From contig CAZHWM010000020.1 in the NCBI GenBank assembly GCA_964535935.1, forward strand, positions 65,210 to 129,209: 64,000 nt of DNA. Reading direction: 5' to 3'. How positions within the stretch are numbered: position 1 is the stretch's first letter; every line of letters begins with the position of its first letter. The position numbers were made by a program, and so were the translations under genes. The stretch is from an uncultured Planctomycetales bacterium. Its GTDB lineage: Bacteria; Omnitrophota; Gorgyraeia; Zapsychrales; Zapsychraceae. Below the pieces are notes generated by a model that was given only the letters and a program-made list of their open reading frames with translations, did no database searches and was not told the DNA's origin. Shown here one piece after another: positions 10,153 to 18,913 of this stretch.

Positions 10153-12681
10153 ATGGAAGACAAGAAACGTTTCACAATTTATTGGTATATATTAATATGG
10201 ATTATAGCCGCGGGAATAGGTATATATTTTCGTTTATATCCTCTAATCAATTATGTACCAAATGCCTCAGAAGAAAAGGCTACTGTGTTTGTATTGACAC
10301 GATTACGCGCAGCTGTAGCTAATCAAATAAACTTTAGATATCCATATCTTAACGCAGGAGAAAAACGTGTGCTTGCAAAGAAAATGTTTGATGAACTCCT
10401 GCATAAAGAAGGAGGGAATGCACGTAAGGCAATAGAAAGGCTGTCAAAACAACTTGATAAATCAGGAAGTAATAATAAGCAAAAGTTTCCATATTTACTT
10501 GCCTCTGATTCCTTTTATTATTACGACCTTACTGAAAATATCATAAACACAGGGAAATTAAGTGATAGTGTTAAAGGAAACAAATTTTTAAATAAAAAAA
10601 TGCTTGCCCCATATGGCTACTGGGTCCCTATAACACTCCATCCTTATATAGGATACCTTGTGCATAAAATACTGTTATTTTTTGAGCCAAACATCAAATT
10701 AATGTATTCAGTAAGTTTTACTCCCCTTATTATAGTGGCACTTTCTCTTATTCCATTTTTGTGCGTATGTCGTATTTTAGAATGCAGTATACCCGCATCC
10801 TTATCTGGTGCAATCTTCTTTACACTCTCCCCCATATATATTAAACGGAGTATGTTCGGATGGTATGACAATGACCCCTATAACACACTCTTTCCGCTTA
10901 TAATATTAGCACTATTATTCGTGGCATTGAAACAGGATAATCAAAACAAAAAAAACATTATAATCTATTCTACTATTACCGCTTTCATCTTATTGATATA
11001 CAACTTCTTCTGGCAAGGGTGGGTATTTATGTTCGGGGTTATAATAATCTCAGGTGTCATAATATCTATAATCAATCTTTACTTTGAAAAATATAAACCC
11101 CGTGCCATGATTTATGTTATCTTCTTTGCTGCTATAAGTATAGCCACCTTTATAGCTATCAGTATTACATTCGGCATTTCTTCTTTCTTTAATCTATTCT
11201 CTGAAGGCTGGAAGGCACTCAAAAACTTTATCTCACCTCACTTGTCTCTCTGGCCTGATGTATATATAAGTGTAGGAGAACTAAAAAGTATTTCATATAC
11301 AGAGATTATATCTCAGACAGGCGGCTGGATATTCTTTTTAATAGCTTCCTATGGAATTATCTTTTCTCTATTCAAAGCAACAATCTCGCGCAAATATAAA
11401 AATATGTCAATCTATATAACTGTCCTTATTTTTCTTATAGCATCCTTTATTATTACTAAAGGGGCGCAAAGATTTGCTATGTTATGTCTGACACCATTAG
11501 CTATTAGCTTTCCTTTGGGGATTGACAGGATTAGGGAGTCAATAATATCAATTTTCAAAACAGATAAAAAATATACTCATCTTACCAATGGTATTATGAA
11601 TATCGTAATTATATCCCTATGTTTCTTGCCTATAAAAAAATTACATACATCAATAGAAACATTAATGACACCCATATTTAATGATACATGGAATGCAGCT
11701 CTTACAAATATAAAAATAAACACACCTAAAAATAGTATAATAAATACATGGTGGCCACCAGGACATTTCATCAAGGCAATAGCAAACCGCAGGGTAACCT
11801 TTGATGGGGCAACAATCAATTTCCCACAAGCCTATTGGATGGCAAATATCTTTCTTGCACAAAATGAAAAACAGGCCTTAGGTATTATTCGCATGTTAAA
11901 TTGTAGTGCTAATAAGGCGGCAGAATTCCTTCAAAGTAAAAATATACCATTATCCTCCTGCATTCAAATACTAAAAACCATAACACAAATGAAAGCAAAA
12001 CAAGCACAACAATACCTAAATACTAAAACCTTTTTAAATGATAAAGATATAAAATATTTATTAAAACTCACCCATGGCCAACCACCCCCCTCCTATCTGC
12101 TCATATATAATGAACTAATCAAAAACAACCTGCAATTTAAATTTATTGGTAATTGGAATTTTAAGGCTGTAGAAGCTATTAACAAAAATAAAAATGCATT
12201 AAAAAAAATACCCGACCGTAATTCTAAAGAATATATGTCATTTTTATGGTATCTTGCAGGAGGGCCGTCTAAATATAGTGGACCTTTAGCGTTACTTGGG
12301 AAATCAAAAGATATCTTGATATTTGAACATGGCATACGAATTAATATAAAAACCAAAGAATGTGTTGTATCATCAGAAAAATTCGGGAAAGGTATTCCAT
12401 TCAGTATATTGTACACTGAAGGTAATAAGATTGTAGAAATAAAACAAAATAACTCAAATCTGAATTTTTCTGTAATACTGTACAAAAATTCAGACAATGA
12501 TAATTATAATGTGGTACTATTAGATACACCGCTAGCACATTCTCTACTAATGCGTCTTTTCTTTTTTAGAGGGAAAGGGCTAAAATATTTTAAAGCTATT
12601 GATTATAATTCAGATCTTACAAAACGAACAGAGATTATAACTTATAAGGTTGACTGGGATAAATTTCTAAATAACGATTAG
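10153..12681 (+). CDS. STT3/PglB/AglB-family oligosaccharyltransferase homologue (GT-C, multi-TM N-terminus plus soluble C-terminal domain)
   Basis: 842 aa. SDSFYYYDLTENI (cf. DxxxNYRxT of EL1), GWYDNDPYN (cf. YDTD/YDNE DxD/E motif), SVGE (cf. SVSE/TIxE), NTWWPPGHFIKAIANRRVTFDGATINF...NEKQALGIIRML (cf. WWDYGY...NRTTxxDNNTWN). Confidence 0.7.
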   Translation: MEDKKRFTIYWYILIWIIAAGIGIYFRLYPLINYVPNASEEKATVFVLTRLRAAVANQINFRYPYLNAGEKRVLAKKMFDELLHKEGGNARKAIERLSKQLDKSGSNNKQKFPYLLASDSFYYYDLTENIINTGKLSDSVKGNKFLNKKMLAPYGYWVPITLHPYIGYLVHKILLFFEPNIKLMYSVSFTPLIIVALSLIPFLCVCRILECSIPASLSGAIFFTLSPIYIKRSMFGWYDNDPYNTLFPLIILALLFVALKQDNQNKKNIIIYSTITAFILLIYNFFWQGWVFMFGVIIISGVIISIINLYFEKYKPRAMIYVIFFAAISIATFIAISITFGISSFFNLFSEGWKALKNFISPHLSLWPDVYISVGELKSISYTEIISQTGGWIFFLIASYGIIFSLFKATISRKYKNMSIYITVLIFLIASFIITKGAQRFAMLCLTPLAISFPLGIDRIRESIISIFKTDKKYTHLTNGIMNIVIISLCFLPIKKLHTSIETLMTPIFNDTWNAALTNIKINTPKNSIINTWWPPGHFIKAIANRRVTFDGATINFPQAYWMANIFLAQNEKQALGIIRMLNCSANKAAEFLQSKNIPLSSCIQILKTITQMKAKQAQQYLNTKTFLNDKDIKYLLKLTHGQPPPSYLLIYNELIKNNLQFKFIGNWNFKAVEAINKNKNALKKIPDRNSKEYMSFLWYLAGGPSKYSGPLALLGKSKDILIFEHGIRINIKTKECVVSSEKFGKGIPFSILYTEGNKIVEIKQNNSNLNFSVILYKNSDNDNYNVVLLDTPLAHSLLMRLFFFRGKGLKYFKAIDYNSDLTKRTEIITYKVDWDKFLNND

Positions 12682-12693
12682 TTGTAAATATCT

Positions 12694-12760
12694 ATCCTGC
12701 ACAATTCAACCTTGTTGATTTGTGCATTTTGCACTATTTAACAAGGTTGAATTGTGAAAT
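12694..12760. repeat. Palindromic intergenic element, long form (copy B)
   Basis: atcctgcacaattcaaccttgttgatttgtgcattttgcactatttaacaaggttgaattgtgaaat. Outer 17-bp perfect inverted repeat (cacaattcaaccttgtt / aacaaggttgaattgtg). Starts 13 nt after the STT3-like stop. Confidence 0.8.
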
Positions 12761-13088
12761 ATTGACAAAACCCATTGTATTAAAAAAAATGTTTAAGTTA
12801 TCAATGGGACATGCTATAATTAAAAATAAATTTGCTTTTAGATTAAGACAGACAAGCGAATCTTCTCTATTAATAGCATAACTAACCTGCTTGATAATAC
12901 AATATCTGTGCTGTATCCTGTGGTATTCAGTTCACAATAATATATTGATGGTTATTATATCTATAATATTTTATTGCAACAGAGTATCCCAATTCTACAG
13001 CAGTAGCTGATGTAAAAAAAGGGTGGATTAAAATAACTGAGATAAATGCTCATTTTTAATAATATGTCTTCAGTAGAGGAGAATATAT

Positions 13089-13814
13089 ATGAAACATCTA
13101 CATCCAGAAGTAGAAAAAAAATTCTTACCTTATATGAAAGAACTCCTAACAATCTATAAGAATAATGTCCTTTCTGTATTTATATTCGGCTCTGCCGCAA
13201 CAGAAAACTATAAACCAGCAAGCTCTGATATCAATTCATGTTTTGTATTTAAAAATATCGAATTCTCTCAGTTAAAACAAAGTCTAAAGATAATCCAAAA
13301 AGGTATGAAAAAAAAGATTACCGCTCCTCTGCTCCTTACAAAGGATTATATCTTAGAATCCTTGGATGTGTTCCCTATTGAATTTCTTGATATGAAAGAG
13401 GCACATATAACTGTTCATGGAGAAGAGATATTAAATACCCTTGATATAAAAGGGGAACATATAAGATTATTTTGTGAACAACAAATAAAAGGCAAATTAA
13501 TACGAATACGCCAGGCCTTTTTAGAAATAGGACTAAGCAAAAAAGGTATAGAAACGCTAATAAAAGATTCATTAAACTCACTATTTCCTGTGTTTCGTAA
13601 TTTATTAAGACTTAAAGGAATAGAACCTTCTATAAATAAAAAGGTCCTTATTGACCAGCTTTGTAATACCCTTAGCCTTGATGCAAATGTATGGATGGCA
13701 ATTTATACAGATAAAGAAAATGATGAAAAAATAGCAGGTAAAGATGCTACCATCTTTGTAGAAAGATATATCCAACAAATAGAAAAATTGGCTAACGAGG
13801 TAGATAAACTGTAA
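13089..13814 (+). CDS. Nucleotidyltransferase-fold protein (possibly non-canonical active site)
   Basis: FIFGSAATENYKPASSDINSCFVF resembles the hG[GS]x9-13DxD NTase motif but reads D-I-N. SD gaggag upstream. Confidence 0.45.
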   Translation: MKHLHPEVEKKFLPYMKELLTIYKNNVLSVFIFGSAATENYKPASSDINSCFVFKNIEFSQLKQSLKIIQKGMKKKITAPLLLTKDYILESLDVFPIEFLDMKEAHITVHGEEILNTLDIKGEHIRLFCEQQIKGKLIRIRQAFLEIGLSKKGIETLIKDSLNSLFPVFRNLLRLKGIEPSINKKVLIDQLCNTLSLDANVWMAIYTDKENDEKIAGKDATIFVERYIQQIEKLANEVDKL

Positions 13815-14596
13815 TGAAAAAAATAAAAAAATACTTTATATTAGGTGTAATAATATCAATTTTTATAGTCTTTACAGGCACATCCTTCGCACAGCTACAA
13901 GATATACCTGACAGACCTATCGGGTATATAAATGACTATGCACACGTTATAAAACCATCAGATATTGCCACACTTACCCGTTTTGCAAGGGAACTAGAAC
14001 AAAAGACGACTGCACAAATAGCGGTTTTAACTATAAAAACTACATTCCCTGAAGATATTCAACCATTCTCAGTAAGAGTCTTTGATAAATGGCGGATAGG
14101 ACAAAAAGGCAAAGATAACGGTGTTCTTATTGTTGTAGCTATTGGTGATAGAAAAGCGTGGATAACAACAGGTTATGGCCTTGAAGGTGCATTGCCTGAT
14201 ATCGTATGCAACCAGATAGTACGTAACATAATGATTCCTTTTTTTAAAAAAAGAGAGTATTCAGAAGGAATAAAAGCAGGAACTATTGCAGTAATCAGCT
14301 TAATAGCAAAAGAATACAATACTACCATTACAGGACAGGAAGCTGTTGTATCTCAAAGGATAAAGCATAAAGGTAATACAGCTAATACGATGGCAAATAT
14401 TATATGGTTGATATTTATTATATTAATAGTATCTTCTTCTCGCTATGGCCTTTGGTATTTACTATTATTTGGAGGTGGGCCTCGTTACTGGAGCGGATCT
14501 GGATATAGCGGCGGATTTGGTGGCGGGTTTGGAGGTGGATTTGGTGGATTTGGAGGAGGGATGACAGGTGGAGGCGGTGGTGGCGGAAGCTGGTAA
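13814..14596 (+). CDS. TPM domain protein (YgcG-like) with TM segment and Gly-rich tail
   Basis: Signal peptide. TPM-type core (YINDYAHVIKPSDIATLTRFARELEQKTTAQIAVLTIKT). C-terminal GGFGGGFGGGFGG tail. 1-nt overlap (taATG) with the upstream gene. Confidence 0.8.
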   Translation: MKKIKKYFILGVIISIFIVFTGTSFAQLQDIPDRPIGYINDYAHVIKPSDIATLTRFARELEQKTTAQIAVLTIKTTFPEDIQPFSVRVFDKWRIGQKGKDNGVLIVVAIGDRKAWITTGYGLEGALPDIVCNQIVRNIMIPFFKKREYSEGIKAGTIAVISLIAKEYNTTITGQEAVVSQRIKHKGNTANTMANIIWLIFIILIVSSSRYGLWYLLLFGGGPRYWSGSGYSGGFGGGFGGGFGGFGGGMTGGGGGGGSW

Positions 14597-14638
14597 TGTA
14601 TAAAACTCATCAAAAACATATAATTTTAGGAGGCTAAA

Positions 14639-15205
14639 ATGAACCGTGGATTGACTATCTTTTTCATTATAATTGTAATCCTTATAGGGATATTCGTATG
14701 GTACAAAAACGGATATAATAAAGCAATTGCCCTTGATGAAAAAGTCAAGTCGGCATGGGCACAGGTCGAAAATCAGTTGCAAAGAAGAAATGATCTCATA
14801 CCTAATCTTGTTAATACAGTCAAAGGTTTTGCCGCACAAGAAAAAGGAATCTTTACAGAGGTAACTAGATTAAGAAGTCAATGGGGCAAGGCCCAAAGTA
14901 TAGGCGAAAAAATAAACACAGCAAATCAAATGACATCAGCGATATCACGACTACTGTTAGTAGCAGAAAACTATCCTCAATTAAAGTCCAATCAGAACTT
15001 TCTTACCTTACAAGCCCAGTTGGAAGGAACGGAGAACAGAATTGCCGTAGAACGTATGCGTTACAATAAGGCAGTGCAAGAATTTAATCGTTTCAGAAGG
15101 TCATTTTTTGGTAGATTCTTTACTAGTCAGGCTGGGGTAGACAAACCAGCAAAATATTTTAAAGCAGTGAAAACAGCAACCACCCCTCCTAAAGTACAGT
15201 TTTAA
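14639..15205 (+). CDS. lemA: LemA family protein
   Basis: N-terminal TM plus YNKAIALDEKVKSAWAQVENQLQRRNDLIPNLVNTVKGFAAQEKGIF, the typical LemA core. SD aggagg. Confidence 0.9.
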   Translation: MNRGLTIFFIIIVILIGIFVWYKNGYNKAIALDEKVKSAWAQVENQLQRRNDLIPNLVNTVKGFAAQEKGIFTEVTRLRSQWGKAQSIGEKINTANQMTSAISRLLLVAENYPQLKSNQNFLTLQAQLEGTENRIAVERMRYNKAVQEFNRFRRSFFGRFFTSQAGVDKPAKYFKAVKTATTPPKVQF

Positions 15206-15558
15206 ATTACTTTAAAATAGGATTCTCATCTAATTATATTTAAAAAGGGGAGAAATACTGCCGAAAATACTATTTTATTAAAAAATTAATACTTAACTAT
15301 ACGTATATACCTATAAATTTTATTGCGTATCGTAAAAAAAAGTACTGAAGGGATTAAAAATAATAAAATATCTTACAAATTTTTATACTTTTATAGTCAT
15401 ATCTACTATCTAATTTTTTTAACAGTATCAGCCAACTTATTTTTTAAAATAGGCATTCTAAAACAAAAAAACTCCAAATTCAACTGCATCTCAACTGTTG
15501 GCCTTTATCAAATTTTCATTCAGATTAGATGGTAGTTTAGTATCAATAGATATACCCC

Positions 15559-16353
15559 TCAATGTAAGTCAACCCGTTCAAAACAATCTTTTGGTAGCCA
15601 TCCACGTTTGCCATCCTCTCTTTTTATTTTAGCCCATCCCCCCTCCTGCTTCAAAATCTTAACCTCTAAACCCGGATACAATTTAAAATGGACAGTAGAA
15701 TCCGATCTTGGTTCGAAACGTGCATCCGTTTTCTTTACTACAACAGCAAGATTGCCTTCTATATTTAATTTATACATAGATATAAAAAAACACATAAAAA
15801 ATAATAGGGAAAAGACTAAAATAATTATAATATAAACATTTTTATGTGATAACTTTGAATAAGTTGCGACCAGAAAGGATATACTCATAACAAGAAAACT
15901 TATTACCATCATCAATGCAAGAAAGTCCTGGTTATATTCTTTTGATAATCTTTTAATAAATCTATATACTAAATTATATCTCGGAACACGGACCTTCGTG
16001 CCTATAAAAGAACGGACATATCTTAAATTATAATTAAGGTCACTATCCGCTGGAATTAACCTCCTTGCTCGTTCATAACTTAATATTGCTCTACCTATAT
16101 CTCCCTTTCTAAAATAACTATTACCAAGATTATAATATATGGCCCCACTCTCCCAACCACCGTTGATAATCTTATTATAAAGATTTATTGCCTTATCATA
16201 ATCCTCATCTTTATAGGCAACGGATGCTGACACAAAATCTTTTATAGCTTCCTCCTTTGAGATACCAGCAGCATATGTCTTTAACTGCATAACAAAAACA
16301 ACAAAAACAACTATCATTACCCGTAGGAACCTTTTATTTTTTATAGTATTCAT
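15559..16353 (-). CDS. BatE-like protein (TPR + TM + C-terminal SH3b)
   Basis: TPR repeats (AINLYNKIINGGWESGAIYYNLGNSYFRKGDIGRAILSYERA), TM segments, SH3-like end (GWAKIKREDGKRGWLPKDCF). Last gene of the Bat string. Confidence 0.7.
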   Translation of the reverse strand: MNTIKNKRFLRVMIVVFVVFVMQLKTYAAGISKEEAIKDFVSASVAYKDEDYDKAINLYNKIINGGWESGAIYYNLGNSYFRKGDIGRAILSYERARRLIPADSDLNYNLRYVRSFIGTKVRVPRYNLVYRFIKRLSKEYNQDFLALMMVISFLVMSISFLVATYSKLSHKNVYIIIILVFSLLFFMCFFISMYKLNIEGNLAVVVKKTDARFEPRSDSTVHFKLYPGLEVKILKQEGGWAKIKREDGKRGWLPKDCFERVDLH

Positions 16354-18218
16354 TTTAAATGCCTCTCCAAAGAATCTATCACCTTTTGTACTTTTATGAA
16401 TGTATTCTTCATTTGAGAGCTATCTATACTCTCACCACCATAACGAATTGCATCAAATTCATTAAATAACAATTTTATTTCATCCATAAGTTCACTAAGA
16501 TTGCTATTATTAGATATTTTTTCTGCAATTGTATTGTAGTCAATTTCCCCAGATTTTAAATGGAATTTGTTTCCTAAATAGCCTTTTAACGTATCCGCTA
16601 AAGAGTCATAAAAATTTCTATCATCACCTGCCAACATATATCGTTTGGCCTTAGCCAAACCTGTTGAAGCATACCGTGGGGCAAGTAGTCTTCTGGCATA
16701 TACAATATCTGTTTCCATTCTATTTTTCTTTTTTAATAAAACAAAAAGAACTATCCATATAAAAATATAAATAATCGCTACAAAATAAAACCACATACTT
16801 TTATAAAAATGTTTACCCCTAACATGCAGATTGCCTATATTATCTTTAATAAAGATAATATCTTTTCCTAATTGTTCTGACGGAGTTGATGAAGATTCTG
16901 TTTCAGGTAAACCTACTATCTTTAAAGAATTTCCCTCTCCTTTTGCTACATCTATTGCAAAAGGGCCTTTAACAATAGTTTTATACTCTTCACTATTTGG
17001 ATCAAAATACGTAAATCGGATAGCTGGTATCTCTTTTGCCTTAACGGTTCTTGGCATCAAGACCTGTTCTAATATCTTTGTATCCCCCTCTCTTCTTACT
17101 GTTGGTTCGTAAACCTTAAACAGATCGTTTTGCTCTACTTTAGGGAAATCCACAGCATCTAAATTGCCGTCTCCATATATCTTCATTTTTAATGTGATGG
17201 GATCGCCAACTCTGACTTTATTTGGCCCGACCTTGACATCAAAATCGAAATTACCAACTGCACCTGAAAAATTCTCGGGTTTATCTTTTTCCGGTAAATC
17301 TAATACATTTAAAATAACATCCCCAGACCTAACCGTTATAGGTCTTTTCTCGTAACTGCCAAAAAAACTGTCAAAAAAATCATCATCAAAAAAACCTCCA
17401 AATCTATTAGTTGAGGGTTGCTTAAAAAGTATATTACAATCAATATTAATCGGTCCTAAATTTAATTTGCCAGATTTTAAAGGATAAACAATTGTATCAA
17501 ATTCTACCACATTATAACGAACACCCGAAATTACCTGCTGATACTGTTTTGGTTGTTGATAATCTTTCATAGAAAAACCGGACTTATTCAACTTAGGATA
17601 TTGGACATCACTTATTCTCAAATTATAAAACAGACGTATCTTTACAGGAACCCCCTCATTGACATATATTTTATGTTTTAAAACATCAACCTTTACAAAT
17701 AATTTATCTTGTAGGCTTGTATTACTATTATTGCCCGAACTAATCCGAGAATTTTGGGAATTTGTTCCAGCAGCAACCACATCAATAGATATTGGGTTTG
17801 TAGTATAACTACTACCACCATCAACTGTGATAGTTATTGGTGGTATTTTAAAATGACCTGTCTTAAGTGGAAGTAAAGAATATACAAATGATATAGAACT
17901 TGTATATTGTCCGTTTATAATAGAAATCCTCCTTGAAGGCCCCAAATACTTGACATCAAATCCGTCTATATTAGACAATTGCGGAACTGTTGCATTCTGC
18001 GTCCCGCTTACTGAGATCGTAAATTGCACAACAGAACCTAAAGTAACTCTATTTGAACTTACCTCAGCAGTAACACTTATATTTGAAGCAAAAGATGTTG
18101 CAACTAATGATACTGTAAGGGAAAAAAGGAGTATCAACCTTATCCATACCTTCCCCTTAAAAATAACCATAATTTTACTATCTCCTCTATGCAAAAAATA
18201 TTTCATCAAAGTTTTCAT
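16350..18218 (-). CDS. BatD-like oxygen-tolerance family protein
   Basis: Signal peptide, repeated beta-rich segments (VTAEVSSNRVTLGSVVQFTISVSG), C-terminal TM. The track ORF extends to 18314 and overlaps the upstream gene. ATG 18218 (MKTLMKYF) with agga upstream is the more plausible start. Confidence 0.75.
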   Translation of the reverse strand: MKTLMKYFLHRGDSKIMVIFKGKVWIRLILLFSLTVSLVATSFASNISVTAEVSSNRVTLGSVVQFTISVSGTQNATVPQLSNIDGFDVKYLGPSRRISIINGQYTSSISFVYSLLPLKTGHFKIPPITITVDGGSSYTTNPISIDVVAAGTNSQNSRISSGNNSNTSLQDKLFVKVDVLKHKIYVNEGVPVKIRLFYNLRISDVQYPKLNKSGFSMKDYQQPKQYQQVISGVRYNVVEFDTIVYPLKSGKLNLGPINIDCNILFKQPSTNRFGGFFDDDFFDSFFGSYEKRPITVRSGDVILNVLDLPEKDKPENFSGAVGNFDFDVKVGPNKVRVGDPITLKMKIYGDGNLDAVDFPKVEQNDLFKVYEPTVRREGDTKILEQVLMPRTVKAKEIPAIRFTYFDPNSEEYKTIVKGPFAIDVAKGEGNSLKIVGLPETESSSTPSEQLGKDIIFIKDNIGNLHVRGKHFYKSMWFYFVAIIYIFIWIVLFVLLKKKNRMETDIVYARRLLAPRYASTGLAKAKRYMLAGDDRNFYDSLADTLKGYLGNKFHLKSGEIDYNTIAEKISNNSNLSELMDEIKLLFNEFDAIRYGGESIDSSQMKNTFIKVQKVIDSLERHLK

Positions 18219-18270
18219 ATTAAATCCTATACTAAAAAAATAAAAATTATTAGTTAACAATACATTTAGA

Positions 18271-18846
18271 TTAAATATACAACTTCTCTGCCAACCAGAG
18301 TAAATTCTCTGCAAAATGTTCTATAGTAGATATCCCTTCTGTATCATTCATTATATCTGCCTTAGCACGACCAAATGCAATATTCCAGTATCCAGAACCC
18401 GGGACTATCATATCATTTATCATAAACCAAAAAAGAAGTTGTGCGTATGTAAAATTATGTCCTGCCCTTCGTGCAACAACCAAAGGACCTCCTATCTTCC
18501 TATAAAATAAATTACCATTGCCTCGTGAAACATAGCCTGCCCGATCCAGAAGAGACATCAACTGAGGAGTAGCTGAACCAAAATACACTGGAGAACCAAC
18601 AATAAGAATATCTGCCTCTATCATAGAAGAAAAAACATCATGAAAATCATCACCTTTAATAGAACATGTCTTATCCAAGGTCTTCCTGCAAATACCACAT
18701 GCCTTACATGGACTAATCTTCTTGTCACAAAGCCGTATAAATTCTACATCTATCTTCCCTTTCTCTAATATGTCAAGACATCTCTTAAGCAATACCTCTG
18801 TATTTCCTTCCTTTCGTGCACTGCCACAAATACCAATTGCCTTCAT
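18271..18846 (-). CDS. Iron-sulfur flavoprotein (Isf) / NADPH-dependent FMN reductase family protein
   Basis: MKAIGICGSARKEGNTEVLL (flavodoxin-like FMN reductase N-terminus) and the compact Cys motif C-KA-C-GI-C-RKTLDKT-C (CX2CX2CX7C). The track ORF starts 17 codons upstream at 18897. Confidence 0.7.
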   Translation of the reverse strand: MKAIGICGSARKEGNTEVLLKRCLDILEKGKIDVEFIRLCDKKISPCKACGICRKTLDKTCSIKGDDFHDVFSSMIEADILIVGSPVYFGSATPQLMSLLDRAGYVSRGNGNLFYRKIGGPLVVARRAGHNFTYAQLLFWFMINDMIVPGSGYWNIAFGRAKADIMNDTEGISTIEHFAENLLWLAEKLYI

Positions 18847-18913
18847 AATCTTATCCTTTCTTACAACCACTATTATATAATTATAAACAACTATCAAAAA
18901 TTTCTATTATAAT

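Noticed and set aside
14490-14593. Gly-rich GGFGGGFGGGFGGFGGG tail of the TPM protein as a possible novel repeat or expansion.
   Set aside because: Gly-rich C-terminal tails are a common feature of YgcG/TPM-family proteins. This is not unusual.
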